Part shown: piece by piece, positions 11,661 to 24,486 of the stretch
How the letters are laid out: each line of letters begins with the position of its first letter
How positions within the stretch are numbered: position 1 is the first letter of the stretch
Assembly (NCBI GenBank): GCA_002633005.1
Contig: NMRA01000045.1
Span: 1 to 64,000, forward strand
Origin: Phoronis australis
Taxonomy: Eukaryota > Animalia > Phoronida
Length of the DNA stretch: 64,000 bases
Reading direction: 5' to 3'
Program-made: the position numbers and the translations under genes
The notes under the pieces: model-generated
Seen by the model: the letters and a program-made list of their open reading frames with translations, nothing else
The model's database searches: none
Told to the model about the DNA's origin: nothing

Positions 11661-14059
11661 TTTCTGACAGGCCAAAAACAAAAATCAAATTGGTATTTTA
11701 TTTTCAAAAGATCAGACCCATAAATTCCTTACCGTGACAGGATTCCATTCCATTACCAACTCAAGTCTCAGTCATTTTCTTGTTGATAACGGAAATAGAA
11801 TATCTTCACGACGAGGAATACTATGAGACCTGTGTACGACAGTAAGAAACGTACTAATTCGACTTTTGTTTTTATCCAGCCAAACAGGGCAAATTGTAGC
11901 TTAAAATTCAAGTTTTAACCTAGTCGCATTTCCTGCGTTGGCACACTTACGAACAGTGTAATTGACAATTACTACGCCAGTAAACAAGAGCGAACGCGGG
12001 CATTTGTAGGTTTTTATGACAAATATCGTAACTTTTGAAGGCAACTTCTGACAAACAAATATTATTTGCAAAACTTATGAAAAAGAACATGATGTTTCAA
12101 ACGTGCCCGGTCGTGCATCACTTGTTGGTTTTGGAAATTTTCCAAGCAAATCTTTAAAGATTATTGAGCTTGACGCTGTAGTTGTGAAGGCCAGTAAAGC
12201 TATGTACGAATATCTCGATGTGTATGATTTTTGTGACTTCCTTCAGAGCAAGATAATAAGCCATAAGAGCACACTTGTGAAAATGATTTCACATCTTGTT
12301 TAGATGGTACAGTAACGCAACAGAAGTGGCGTGTAGAACGGGGGGGNGGCTTGGGGCGGCGACGGGGCGATGGCCCCCGAGGCATCCACATCAGGGACAT
12401 CCAATCACTATGAATAAACGTTTTGAAAATGATTTCATATCTTTTAGATGGTACAGTGACACAACAGCAATAGCGTGTAGAATGGGGGGTGGGTGTGTCG
12501 ACGGAGCGACGGCCCAGGGGTGTGCCATCCAATCAATATGACTAAACTTTTGGAAATTGTTACCGATGTGTATTTTACTTTTCTTAGCACTAGGATACAT
12601 GCGTTTGAGTAGACAGAGGGGCATCAAATAAAAATCACTTCGGGCATCACCAAACCTCTGCACGTTGTTGCGGCAACAGTCTATAAATCTTAATCAAATC
12701 AGCCAGAGTCGACGAGCCAAACTACTTTTGGTGGTCATAATTTGCCGAAATATGTAAATTAATGATGTTATGACCTACAAACTGACCTCATCATATTCGT
12801 TGACCACAAAAAACATAGGTGAAACATAAAAATAATCTACATGTAGTGCCCTCAGAGTAAGTTATGAGCAGAAAGAGAATTTTAGACAATGACGCCCTTT
12901 ATTTGCATAACTTGTGCAATTTTATAATAAAGCCACCTGTAACTTATTTCATTAACTTCATTAAGGCCTTTCCCATTGGGAACTCTTAACTTCGGTTTTG
13001 AATTGAAGTTAACAGGCGAGTTAACGCCCATTGGCAAGTAAAAAAGAGCTGGATTAAACAGCGAAGCGTCGACTTCACTACAGTGGGGACGCATCCAATT
13101 GAATTATCGGCAGGGGTCACTGAGTTGATTGTATTTTACTCTAATATTGATTATTTTGACAATCTCAGCATTCTGTTTCAATTTATCCATGTACTTGCTG
13201 GATTCGTTACATTAAAATTGAACGTAAAGTGTACGCAAAACGAGGTCTCGCCATACGCCATCAGCTGTTAACCTATTGAAGAATGAAGTTTCTTTTTAAT
13301 ATTTCATCATCTACTACATCGTCGTTGTTAACGTTCTAGTTGTCATTTAGGAAAAGGGAGAGGTTCTTACCATTGCTGATGGCAAAGTCAAGAACAGAAG
13401 GGATAATTTCGCTGAACTAGTTTTCTGAGTAACTCCGAAGCTGATGGGAGCACTATCGCTTAACTTCGCGGTTTATCACACTTACCTGGATGCATCGATA
13501 GTAGTGGAGGTACTGTGTAGGAAAGGGCCTACTGTCCACCTCATCATGGATGTAAACATCACCTTTGTTGCCTGATACCACATCTCTAAGCACAAGTAAG
13601 ATTTTAATTAATGGTTGCCTTAGTTTGGGTAATGTATGCAAATTCTCGAAATATCCACCTCCAAAGTACCTCCATTAAATGAACTGGCCAAAGGGTGAAA
13701 GCATAAAAAATCTACCTTGATTACTTGCTGAGAACGGCCTTAATTTGCATATTAGAAACCTGCTTAAGGTTGTTAAGATTACAACCCAGCTAACACACTT
13801 AAGGGAGGCACATATACATGAAACAACCAAAAACCTTGTACTACCAAGAAATTCTAGGAAGTATCCATTTCTAGCTACTGGACTACAAGGTGGCTGTATT
13901 TTGGTGAACAGAGCAGATTGGTCTTAGCCATAAGCTGCGTTTAGGCAGCCAGTAGTCCCAGCACAATTTCGTTCAACAGGTCCGGTTCGGATGAGCGTAA
14001 CTGCCAACCTCCACCTTTTCACCAAGATATCTTGGGTTTCCATTCTGATTATTTTACAG

Positions 14060-16290
14060 TATGGCGTGCCAAGCTACTCTGTAAACACTGAGAAAAACTA
14101 CTGGCAGCGTTAGCCAAATTAACGTTTCCTGTTGTCATGAAGCCTCTGTGTGGTAGTGGTTCTATTGGCTGCAAGGTTCTCTACGACACGGACAGTTGGT
14201 TAAATTTCTTTGATGAACTGGCCACTGATGTGGAATCTGGGACAGATGTGCTAGAACAACTGGCACACACTCAGTCGGTAAAATTTGATTTTGATGCGCC
14301 CACATATTTATATTTGGGTGCATATTGCCGTCATCTCTGTCTGTCCGGTCGTCCAGCGTCCAGCGTCCTTAGATATATCTCCTTAACCCTTACGGGATCT
14401 TAATGAGAATTGGCAGTTGTGTTTCTATGAAGCTGACAACAGATGGCGACGAGTTTCGGACCTCTACGACTACCGGTGGGCCCTCTTGTTGCAATTTTAG
14501 TTTTTGCGTTTACCTTTGTATCTTCAAAGGTCCTCAATGTATTTTCGTAAAAATTGGAATGTATGCGTCTATTGGTGGGATGACACTATCCTCTCGTTTT
14601 CGGATGGATTCGACGTAGTTTGCCCCACCTAGTTACCATTTTTACTGTTTTCGAGTCTGGTTTTTGGCGTCCACCCATCTATCAACCAAACCGCTCTTGG
14701 GATGATTTTGAAAATTAGCATGTAGTTTTGGTCTTTTTGCGCCCATGGCTGTATCTTCTAAACCATTTGCAGGATTATTACTAAATTTAGCAAATGTATT
14801 TATATGATTTTGACAACGGACGATGATGACTTTCGCGCGGATTGAACTACCGGTTCGCCCCATAGTGGCAATTTTACTTTTTTACGTTTACCCATGTACA
14901 TGTATCTTCAAAGGTCCTCATCGTGTTTTCATAAAATTTGGAATATAGGCATCCGTTGTTGAGATTACGCTATCCTCCTGTTTTCGGTTGGATTCGAGGA
15001 AATTTTGCGCCACCTAGTGGCCATTTTTACTGTTTCCGATTCAGTTTTTGGCGTCCGTCGCTCTATCAACTAAACCGTTTTAAGGATGATTGTGAAAATT
15101 GGCATGTTCGTTTTTACTATGAAGAGGATGGGTGACGATGATTTTCCAATGATTTCGACTACTGTGGTGTCTCCTAGTGGCATTTTTGGCGCCTATGGCT
15201 GTATCTCCTAAACCGTTTGCAGGTTTTTTACTAAATTTAGAAAGTGTATTTATATGATTTTGAAAACGAACAATGACGACTTTCACACGAATTTGACCAA
15301 TGTCCCCCTAGTGACAATTTTGGTTTTTTATGTTTACCTTTGTATATTCAAAGGTCCTAATTGGAGTTTCATAAAATTTTGAATATGGGCATGTATCGTT
15401 GAGGTGACCCTATCCTCCCATTTTCGGGTAGATTCGAGGTATTTTGCGCCACCTAGTTGCCAGTTTTACTGTTTTGGTGTCTACTCAGCCAAACCTTTCT
15501 AAGGATGATTTTGAAAAAAATAAGCGCATACATGTATGTTCTCAGTGTGAAAAGGACGGTTACGTTGACACCTTCGATTACTGTGGTGGTTTTCTGTTCT
15601 GTTGCAGCCATAGTGCGTTCCGTTTTCAGAGTGGACGTTTTGCGCCATCCAGTGGCCATTTTATTACACAAATGAACAACTCTTGAAGCACACCGTTTGC
15701 GGTGCATTCGTGGACGCACTTCAACGCTCCGCGTTGCTTTTGTTAGTGTATTAGGCTGGAAAAGATGGTGCTACTAGCAAGCTCTTAGTAGTAACAGTAC
15801 AAAGGTAATTCGATGTAAACACGTTTTGTTTCTCACGGTTTTAATAGGCTTACGTTCCTCTCAAACTCCATGCACTCAGGTAACAAATCATAAACGAACT
15901 TCCTGGTGGTTTCAAACATTCTGAAGAATTTTGTTGAGAACGTTTTGCAGAAAAAGCATTTTTTGCAGCTCAGTGACCTCATATTGGAAGTCCAGTGTAA
16001 AAACTCAAAATGGGAAACTCGAAAGTCGCTAGATGGTCTTATTCGATGAAAGAGTCATGCCCATAAAAATGCGAATATTCTGATAATCTCACGAGACACG
16101 GCAAAACGAATGCTCTCATGCTTCTTGCTCTAAACTATCCAAATGTTGACCGAGGTACCTTTCTTCATTGGTACTACTAAGCGAATATCGAGTCGCTCAC
16201 TAAAGATACTTTTTATTTATCAGGTGCTTGTGATGGAATACCTAAAAGGTGTCAAATATTCAGTTGACGTGATGATTTTTAGTGGAAAAC
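14060..16290 (+). pseudogene. ATP-grasp ligase partial pseudogene A (exon 14060-14277 frameshifted; last exon truncated to 16224-16290)
   Basis: Exon is 218 nt versus 219 in the paralogs (1-nt deletion near 14093); last exon stops after VLVMEYLKGVKYSVDVMIFSGK through a ~1.07-kb deletion; no upstream exons seen. Confidence 0.88.
14289..15744 (+). mobile_element. DINE-1/HINE-type non-autonomous Helentron
   Basis: 5' subTIR ATGCGCCCAC in a hairpin, GTCY-type microsatellite, internal tandem cores, 3' subTIR, stem-loop CAACGC-tcc-GCGTTG; inserted in a T run without TSD; empty site at ~37585. Confidence 0.75.
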
Positions 16291-17250
16291 CGATTTTGAT
16301 CTTTTATTTCCTGTTTCTTGAACGTGTGCATTCCATACCATTGGTGTATGGTTACTTTTAAAAGTCAAATGTTGACTAGTAGGTCAGAGTCTTGTTCATT
16401 ATTTTGATTGTTAGAAATTGACAGGGTTGATTTTATATTTTTCTGAGGATAATGGACAATCACGTGTGATAGTCTGTGAACTATGAACCAGTCGTAAATT
16501 TCAGAGAACTTTGTACTGATGTTGTCGTCGCGTAGGCTCTTGGATAATTTGAAAGGAGAGATGGTGCAAGAGTCAGCAACATAAACAAGAAAGTCAAGGT
16601 TTGTACAGAAACAAAGATCATTAACACAAAGGAACAAAAGAAGAGGGTCAAGGATAGAACATGAGGCACATCGTTTGTAATACATAGTGATGAATATTTG
16701 TATTCGATGCAGACAGACTCTTTCCCATTTTGTTAATAGTTAGAGCCTGTTTGACTGGGTTTTGTGAATTCCGTTGAAACCGTGTATTAAATAGCATTGC
16801 GTAACCTAGGGTATCGAAAGCTTCACCCATAAAGATTGATGAAGGTGTATACGTAGAGTCGATATAGTAGGTAAAGTATGTGTACCTCAAATTCTTTGTA
16901 GTGGTTTTGTCTAAAGTCATAAAGGAATGGTAAGAGAACCAATGGTTACAGACTTTTCCTTTGTGACTTCTGGAGAAAACGGCAACGCGGAGACAGGTCT
17001 GTAACTATTTAGGTCTTATTTCTTTAAGTCTTTATTTTCATATACACGTACAATGTTTAATGTTTTCAATAAGTTTGGTATATAATGATTGCTTTATTCG
17101 TTTAATCATAGACTATAGTCTATGGTTTAATTTGTAACTGGGTTGGAAACACTAAGGCAGGGATTTATTAAGTTGCTGTAAATAATTGTTTCTCATAATA
17201 ATTATATATCTTCCTTGAAGGCTCATTGTAAAAGCTAGGGTGAACTGATG
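16291..17250 (-). mobile_element. Degenerate L2/CR1-like LINE RT fragment (paralogs ~39205-40200, ~53710-54590)
   Basis: Decayed motifs AFDT, ILDPLLLFLCVNDL, YVADS/YAADT; triplicated with the block. Confidence 0.7.
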
Positions 17251-17335
17251 ATATTAGACATATGCAGAAGTGGCAGAGCCAGTGTTGATGTTGTAGTAAA
17301 TCTATCTGATATTTCTTTTGTGTTGTCGAGTTTTC

Positions 17336-17700
17336 AGGCCCGTAGCCAGCATTGCGCGAGGGGTGGTTCGAGTTTCTCCAATGGTGGACTTTTTGATATT
17401 TTGCAAATGTCGACACTGGAGCTCTCGGTAAACCCCCGACGCAGCTTAATTATGGGGAAGGGAATCTGTATGCTCGACAATGATGACTCTCAGCTCTATG
17501 TTCCTGAGATAAGAAGGAATTCGTAATCCAGAAATGCGGATGCCGTGACAGTTGCTCGCAAAGAACGGGACTTAAATGTAATGTGGTCCCTCAAATAGAA
17601 CGTTCCCGCGATACCCCCTGTCAAACATTCAACTCAGGCGTGTTCAAATGAGTTATTACACCTCGTTACATCGTCGGGCAGAAATATTTAGTCAGAGAAT
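17336..17700 (+). mobile_element. Interspersed element beginning CAGGCCCGTAGCCAG (hAT-like end); copies at ~54608 (+) and ~29170-29485 (-)
   Basis: Same terminus and internal sequence (gatgactctcag..., gttgctcgcaa.gaacgggact) in three places. Confidence 0.6.
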
Positions 17701-17733
17701 GACTTGACGTAATTTTTGATCTAATTGTATTTT

Positions 17734-19388
17734 TGCCATCCTGTTTAATTAGTCTTTTTTACCGTCTTAGTCGGTCTATATCCACATCGCCTCCGATGCA
17801 GTCGACCTCACCTTGCCGATGGGTGTCGCGTTAACCTGTGAGAAAGGTGAGAAACGACGCAGCGACGTCAGTGGTTCGTCTGCAGAGTGAATGCCGCTAT
17901 ATTGCAGTGCATCGTTCCCGCTTGTCCGAACTATGAAGCTGCGAAAAAAACGGGTATATCTTTTTTCGACTTCCATGAGAGCCTGAAATGCTTAGGAAGT
18001 GGTTCGCGGTAGTGAAAACTGAAAGGTACGCTGTTAATAGCAAATATGAGGCCATGAAACATCTCCGTGTCTGTGGCCGTCATTTCGTCGACAGGGATTT
18101 CTCTGACGAATTCCTTCTTACCAAAGAACTATCCTTACGTTCCGTCGCCTGTGCATGTTCACGGCGCCACTAGTGTATTCCGGTTAGAACTGATAGCCCG
18201 TGGAACCTAACGATCTGACCCATGAGTCAGATGAGCTCTTGACTAAGTCGGTATTGGCTCAAATGAGCCCCCCCATTTGGCAAAGTGGGCAAAAAGGTCC
18301 GCCTCTGAGAAACAGAAAGTCCGAGAAAATGAGACAAAAGTCCACGAAACAAGCACAAACGCGCAATTCACTGTAATGCCCCCGTTTTTTTGTTTTTTTA
18401 GTCCGCCCGCCATTTTGTTATCAAAAGGACCACAACGTCAATACAATTTGTAATACCATTGCAATATTCGTAAGCGCAAATGTTGGAAGCCAGCAATGAG
18501 TAAACCACTGCGTTACCGGCTTTACATGCCCGGCAACAAATGTAATTGACCGGGCACCGAGGCCGTGTGAGTGCATGCTAATCCAGAAAGCTGTTGTGAA
18601 ACAATTACTCGATTTATATGCTATGGTCACATGTTAGGAGAATCATAATTTAGAATTACAAATACATTATTCAAATCATTGTTACTGTACAACCTTTGCC
18701 CTGATGGTTTGTGGAAGGGGAACACGACTTCGCGGCCCCCGACAAGTAAGTAGATTTTCAGTTTCGTGACTAAGTCACATAAATAATTACGTGCACATAA
18801 TTTCTTTGGCTCACTATTATAGTCTTTTTGTGACTGGAGGTTTAGTTTCTAACTCAAGCTGGTTAATGTCCGAGCCACTGGCAGGGATAACAAGAGTTTT
18901 TTGTGTTTAGAACTCAAGAAATCACAAGTATAAACAATACAAATCTAGGTTTTTCCTGTCTGTATTTCACGGAAGAATACTTCAAATTTATCTCTGAACA
19001 GACCCTAAACTCCTGTTACGGACATTGTTAAATTGGCCTGCCGGCGAACTTTGTAGGCTACGATATGTCCAAATACCAATAAATCCGGAACAGCGAAATA
19101 AAACAACACGTTTTTATAAAAACTCGGTGTATTGTTAAGGGTTTTTCATCGAAGTATGATGATTTATTGGTATTAAACGATGAATTCAAGCGATTAGCTG
19201 ACACCAGTAACCTGGGTTGTGAACTGCTGAACAGATTGCGTGTGAAACCTATGACGTCATTGGATAGTTTCAACACCTCCGTCTGCCGTCAGGTGTAAGG
19301 TAAAGCAACCGAACGTGCCGTTATCGAGTAGAACTACTCGATCTAAACTGATACAAAATGGGTTGTTTTGGGTGGCATTCTCCTTTAA
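17734..19388 (-). mobile_element. Kolobok-like transposon copy 2 (inverted, one TIR eroded) with clearest THAP remnant
   Basis: TIR+TTAA at 19370-19388; CIVPACPN..GISFF / LRKWFAVV..HLRVCGRHFVDRDF at ~17905-18110; empty TTAA site in block C at 55022. Confidence 0.78.
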
Positions 19389-20149
19389 GTTGCTTACATC
19401 GCTGAAAATGGGTACAGCGCCCTATTCCGAAGGTTCACTACTTCGAAGGTTCACTATTTCGAAGGTTCAATACTCCAAAAATATCTAAACTTTCGGACTC
19501 AGTTGTAATTGTTATACTTTTACATGCAAAAATAAACGACATTTTTTGGTTATTAGATGCAGCTATACCGGAAACGACGCCCGTGTATAAAATCACTTTC
19601 TTTACGATTTCCTGCGCATGCGAAATTGCCCGCATGTCTTACGAATATGGAAAAATGAGTACGTACTTGCATTTCTAAAAGAATATGAAGTAGGAATATC
19701 GAAGAATTATCAACCAGGATACATTCATCTGATCCATGTCAAGATCGAATCATTTCACAGCGCGACTGAAATGTTTAGGGCGCGGCGCCTCAACCTCACC
19801 CACCGGCACTACTCGCCGCACGGCAGGGTCGAAACTAAATGTAGTTAGTTGCCTACTCTGTCAGTGCTATTGAATAAGTCTGGCTAAGTCTAAGATATGG
19901 CCAAGTTGATGTAACTACTGCCTTTTAGAAATGTAGACGTATCCTGCTATCATCTGGTAATGGTTTAATAAATCGTGTTTGTTTATGAATACTGGTGTTT
20001 TGTAGTCATTGCCACAAGCCGTGACTACTTTTTGTCTGCCCATCAATTTCGGACAGTGAAAATTCTTTTTTTTTTACTGTTCTTCTAAAAACGGCAAAAA
20101 GATTTAAAAAATACGAACTATGCCGATTAAGTAAAATGTGGAAAATTTC

Positions 20150-20442
20150 GTGCGCGACAAGCAACAGATCCTAGAGTAACACTTAAAGGAGCCCAGTGTG
20201 ACCAACAAGTAATCCGAGTATCAAAACCAGAGTGACAAGCATGTGGACTCGGTGTGACAAGCAAGGGATGTCAGTGTGACAAGCAAGAGATCTTGGTGTG
20301 ACAAGCAAAGGATCTTGGTGTGACACGCAAGGGACCCGAGTGTGACCAACCTGGGGTCCTAGCAAGGGATCCTAGTGTAACAAGCAAGGGATTTCACTGT
20401 GACAAGCAAAGTTCCTCGGTGTGAGAAGCAAGTGATCTCATT
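20150..20442. repeat. ~22-bp minisatellite (gtgtgacaagcaagggatcttg)
   Basis: More than 10 degenerate units; paralog at 55780-56011 plus 60393-60440. Confidence 0.9.
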
Positions 20443-20696
20443 GGCACAGTGCTACCACCATGCTTCTAGGAAAGTGAACTACCAGTGATCTTCATTAACT
20501 CATAGCCCCTATAACAATATTCATTATCCATCACTACTTTAAACGAGGCGCTCAGCTATACGTTTGTGTTGCTCTGATTACTTCATTACGTGCACTTAAG
20601 TTAAAACGTTTAGTTAGTTCTTAGCTGCGGGGAAGAAACTTGCAGTCGGAGTAACTCGTTTGGACGCTATATCATAAAATGTAAGTCTGTTTGTAT

Positions 20697-20816
20697 CATG
20701 GGCGGCGCACTTTTTTCAGTGTTATACCGCCCATGATCTATGGACGGTGTACCACAGGGGGCCGGCTGGGAGGGGGGCTATAGCCCCCAACTATTTACAG
20801 TGCTGCACCGCCCATG
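20697..20816. mobile_element. ~120-bp MITE with CATGGGCGG...CCGCCCATG ends (paralog 60686-60786)
   Basis: Terminal and internal inverted copies of catgggcggygcac. Confidence 0.55.
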
Positions 20817-21888
20817 AATATCTCTTTATTCTCTCGATTAAACTATTTGTGGTAAACTGGTAAAAATACTGAAAACACAGAGTCGTGTTTATCGTGTGGC
20901 AAAAAGGCGTAGATAGTTCAGTAGTTTTTAGGCATTTGTTTAGTGACGCACTTTTTCAAAAAACGAAAGTCCACCGGATTCGGGTTTTTTTGTTTGCTCA
21001 TTTCTAACTAGTTTCGAAGGAAGGAGTAGCGACACTCGCGCTTGTGTACCGTGAAGCAAAACTACGTTAAGTTTATGCGGTGCCATATCCTGGGGGCTCC
21101 ATCCCTGGTGTCACTGCGACAAGGTTGGTGTATAGACGGTGTGAGAGAGACAAAAAGGACCGACTTGCACACAAGGAAGGACGACAATCGGGGCTAAGCG
21201 GCATAAAGTAACTTTTTCTTGCATTTTTTCGGATTGCGAAAACTAAGCAAATCCTTCTATTGAGTAGCTTGGGGTACCTTATTGCAGATGTTTTTTACAT
21301 TTGACCTCAGGCACGTCGTTACTAGAATAATTATATAGAACTTAATGAAATTAGAGTGATTTAAACACCGCTGCAATGGACAACCATCAACTCTAATTTC
21401 CTAAGACAATTCTCCAAAGACTGCATATAAAAACACAAATAATGCAGTCCACCTGTCAGAAAACCGTTGTATTCAGGCCGCCACCAGGTGCAAGTACTAA
21501 AATCTGAGTAAAGGAATATACAATCGCATGCAAATAACCTTTGCGGAGTCGCAAAAGCAACAAGTCCACCGACCAAAACTTAAGTCTTAAATATTTTTAA
21601 CGCAAAGTAGGCTGATAATAGAAGCAAACATCACATATCACAATCACTTATTAAAATTGTCACTGATCACTGTTTCAGGGGTGTGCAAGCTAAAAATTGC
21701 GAAGTCTTTTTAAGGTTTTAAATTAGAATCTTCTAAGCTTGCCTAATGATATTGTAGTGACTCAGTAGGTCAACTCAGATCGCAAGTGACCACGGGCCAT
21801 GATATAAACTGGTATACATGCTTAACTACATGCAAATTCTGTTAAAATATGTAAACCCTGGTTATATTTCAACCTTACTGTGGCAAAT

Positions 21889-22592
21889 NNNNNNNNNNNN
21901 NNNNNNNNNNNNNNNNNNNNNNNNNNNNNNNNNNNNNNNNNNNNNNNNNNNNNNNNNNNNNNNNNNNNNNNNNNNNNNNNNNNNNNNNNNNNNNNNNNNN
22001 NNNNNNNNNNNNNNNNNNNNNNNNNNNNNNNNNNNNNNNNNNNNNNNNNNNNNNNNNNNNNNNNNNNNNNNNNNNNNNNNNNNNNNNNNNNNNNNNNNNN
22101 NNNNNNNNNNNNNNNNNNNNNNNNNNNNNNNNNNNNNNNNNNNNNNNNNNNNNNNNNNNNNNNNNNNNNNNNNNNNNNNNNNNNNNNNNNNNNNNNNNNN
22201 NNNNNNNNNNNNNNNNNNNNNNNNNNNNNNNNNNNNNNNNNNNNNNNNNNNNNNNNNNNNNNNNNNNNNNNNNNNNNNNNNNNNNNNNNNNNNNNNNNNN
22301 NNNNNNNNNNNNNNNNNNNNNNNNNNNNNNNNNNNNNNNNNNNNNNNNNNNNNNNNNNNNNNNNNNNNNNNNNNNNNNNNNNNNNNNNNNNNNNNNNNNN
22401 NNNNNNNNNNNNNNNNNNNNNNNNNNNNNNNNNNNNNNNNNNNNNNNNNNNNNNNNNNNNNNNNNNNNNNNNNNNNNNNNNNNNNNNNNNNNNNNNNNNN
22501 NNNNNNNNNNNNNNNNNNNNNNNNNNNNNNNNNNNNNNNNNNNNNNNNNNNNNNNNNNNNNNNNNNNNNNNNNNNNNNNNNNNNNNNNNNNN
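21889..22592. other. Assembly gap (704 N)
   Basis: Run of N. Confidence 1.
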
Positions 22593-22779
22593 GAATAGAG
22601 CCAAGTTACGTGACCTCATGTAATTATGAAAACAAAGTTAGTGTTCACCAGTTCACCTTCTTCACCAAAAAAAAAAAGAATTAGAGCTTCCCTATATATC
22701 TCTGTTGGGCCAGATTGGCATTCAGCTGGCTGATTACTAGACACACAGACTTCTCAAATTGTCCCCGACCGGGCTGCGA

Positions 22780-22975
22780 GCAAGTACGCGTAGATAGGCA
22801 GTACTTCCATCATCCCGTCGGCAATATACCGACCACATCGCCACCCCTGACACACACCCTTAAACATCGGATTTGTTTCGGCTTAAGCCACTGTATCGGG
22901 GTTTTCTTGGTCTTATTCACTTCCACCACTGTCCGTTTTAATTTAATGCAACTACTTAAATCCGTGGTCGCCATC
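22780..22975 (-). mobile_element. RecQ-type helicase N-terminal remnant, likely AcademH-type transposon
   Basis: LKPKQIRCLRVCVRGGDVVGILPTG followed by a frameshifted YGKS-like Walker A; nothing further. Confidence 0.55.
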
Positions 22976-23134
22976 ACTTCTTCGTAATTTGTAAACTGAA
23001 AGGGGTTTCCCAACTTTCAACCAATGGGAATGGCTGAATGTTATGACGTCAGTTTCATTACTTTAACCAATGGGAGGCCGTATTAAACAACATTCTACAG
23101 TGCTAACTTTCGTTTAGCACTGTGATAGAGTGTA

Positions 23135-23830
23135 GTACTAGTAGTGATTGAAGTGCGCATGCGTCGCTGTCTGCTGCTGGTAAAAACACGGAATTGTTAT
23201 AAAAATACGTCGTCGCACTAAGCCTTATTATTGCTATTTTTCCGGATGCAAATCTTCGACGGGTGGTCACAAGTTCCCAAAAGACCTAAGGTTGCTACAG
23301 GCGTTGAGAATAGCGATCAAAAGGGCCAATCAAGGGACATAAAGTGTGGGGAAGCCGAAGCCTCACGCCCCGTGTGTGCTCTATGCATTTTTATTGAGAG
23401 ACTACATAATCACGTTAACTGGCAAGTTTTTAGCGATTAATTTCTATCGACATCGTTCATTGATGTTATCCCCACCAGTTAATCCACTGAAGAACGGGTT
23501 TGTTCAGTTGAACTTAGTGTTTCTTTTCAGAAACTCACCCGGGACCCGGTTGGTACATTGGCTGGCAGCAAATATTCACATATTGTCCTGGGTGGAAGTG
23601 CTCCCAATGTGGGACGTGCCGCTCAGAAGTAAAGGGTGGCTTTTTCACAAAAGCTCTTCAAAACAATGCTATGTCTAATACAATTCTCTAGATGAGTGAG
23701 TTTCCTTATTTTCTGGCGGACCCCACCCCCAGGACTACCAGATTAGTTACTGAACTTACATAAACAAGCTATTCAATAAATTCGTATTATTGCATTAAAA
23801 TAAATATTGACATCTACAATGAATTGTATT
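23135..23830 (+). mobile_element. Left-end fragment of ISL2EU-like element with THAP remnant
   Basis: Paralog of 33890-34580; YYCYFSGCKSSTGGHKFPKDLRL...RVCSMHF with stops and frameshifts. Confidence 0.68.
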
Positions 23831-24395
23831 TGCAGTCTGTTCGATCGGTACTTGCATATGAATTCCTGAGCCACAACAGAAACCAACATACTGCCAAACT
23901 TAAAATCAACAGTGCAAGTGCAGTGTTTTACGAACTATGATTTCAGCCGATATTGCAAACCTATTAGCAATGGACGAACTCTGAAAACGAACTCAGGCGT
24001 ATCTTGTTTACCCAGATACTGGCAATCACAGAACAAACTTTTTAACCACAGAATTGAAAGATATAAAAAATGGTCGCCAATTTCGCGGTTCAACGGCACC
24101 TCCCTAACATAGGGTCTGTGTGCCCCGGGGTAATGGCTGGTAAAACCAAAATGAGTTAGCCATGTCTACATCTTATTTTTTGTATGCCGAGACAAGTGAC
24201 CAGTGATTATTATTCCGTAGCAATCCCCTGTTGGAGGTATGACAGATATGAAATGGAATTCATACAAGATCATTTAACTCTTAAAATAACCGTTGCGCCT
24301 GTCGCTGTGTCTTTGTCTGTGTTGTGGGTCACGAAACATCGCATTAGTCCCAAACACATCGATTGAGTTACTTAATCTACACGTGTATCTATAGA

Positions 24396-24486
24396 AATAG
24401 TAAGTCTATCGATAGAGTTACTAAGTCCATCGATAGAGATAGTAAGTCTATCGATAGAGTTAACAAGACTATCGATAGAGTTAGCA
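24396..24486. repeat. 21-bp tandem repeat with palindromic core CTATCGATAG (about 4 units)
   Basis: Directly visible. Confidence 0.9.

Larger units (their letters stand above)
11650..21888 (+). repeat. Segmental duplication block A (paralogous to ~31760-40235 and ~49405-61801)
   Basis: Long collinear matches, e.g. tcagacccataaattcctta at ~11712/31802 and caaactgacctcat at ~12778/32770/49402; runs up to the gap. Confidence 0.9.

Noticed and set aside
20150-20442. Short repeats (22-bp, 21-bp, 39-bp, 41-bp arrays) as CRISPR arrays
   Set aside because: Head-to-tail units without unique spacers, no cas genes, eukaryotic context
11650-21888. Blocks A and C as uncollapsed alleles
   Set aside because: By eye they differ at roughly one base in 6-10, with several private insertions; this favours paralogy, though it is not excluded given the gap
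21818-22684. Three long ORFs
   Set aside because: They run through the N gap
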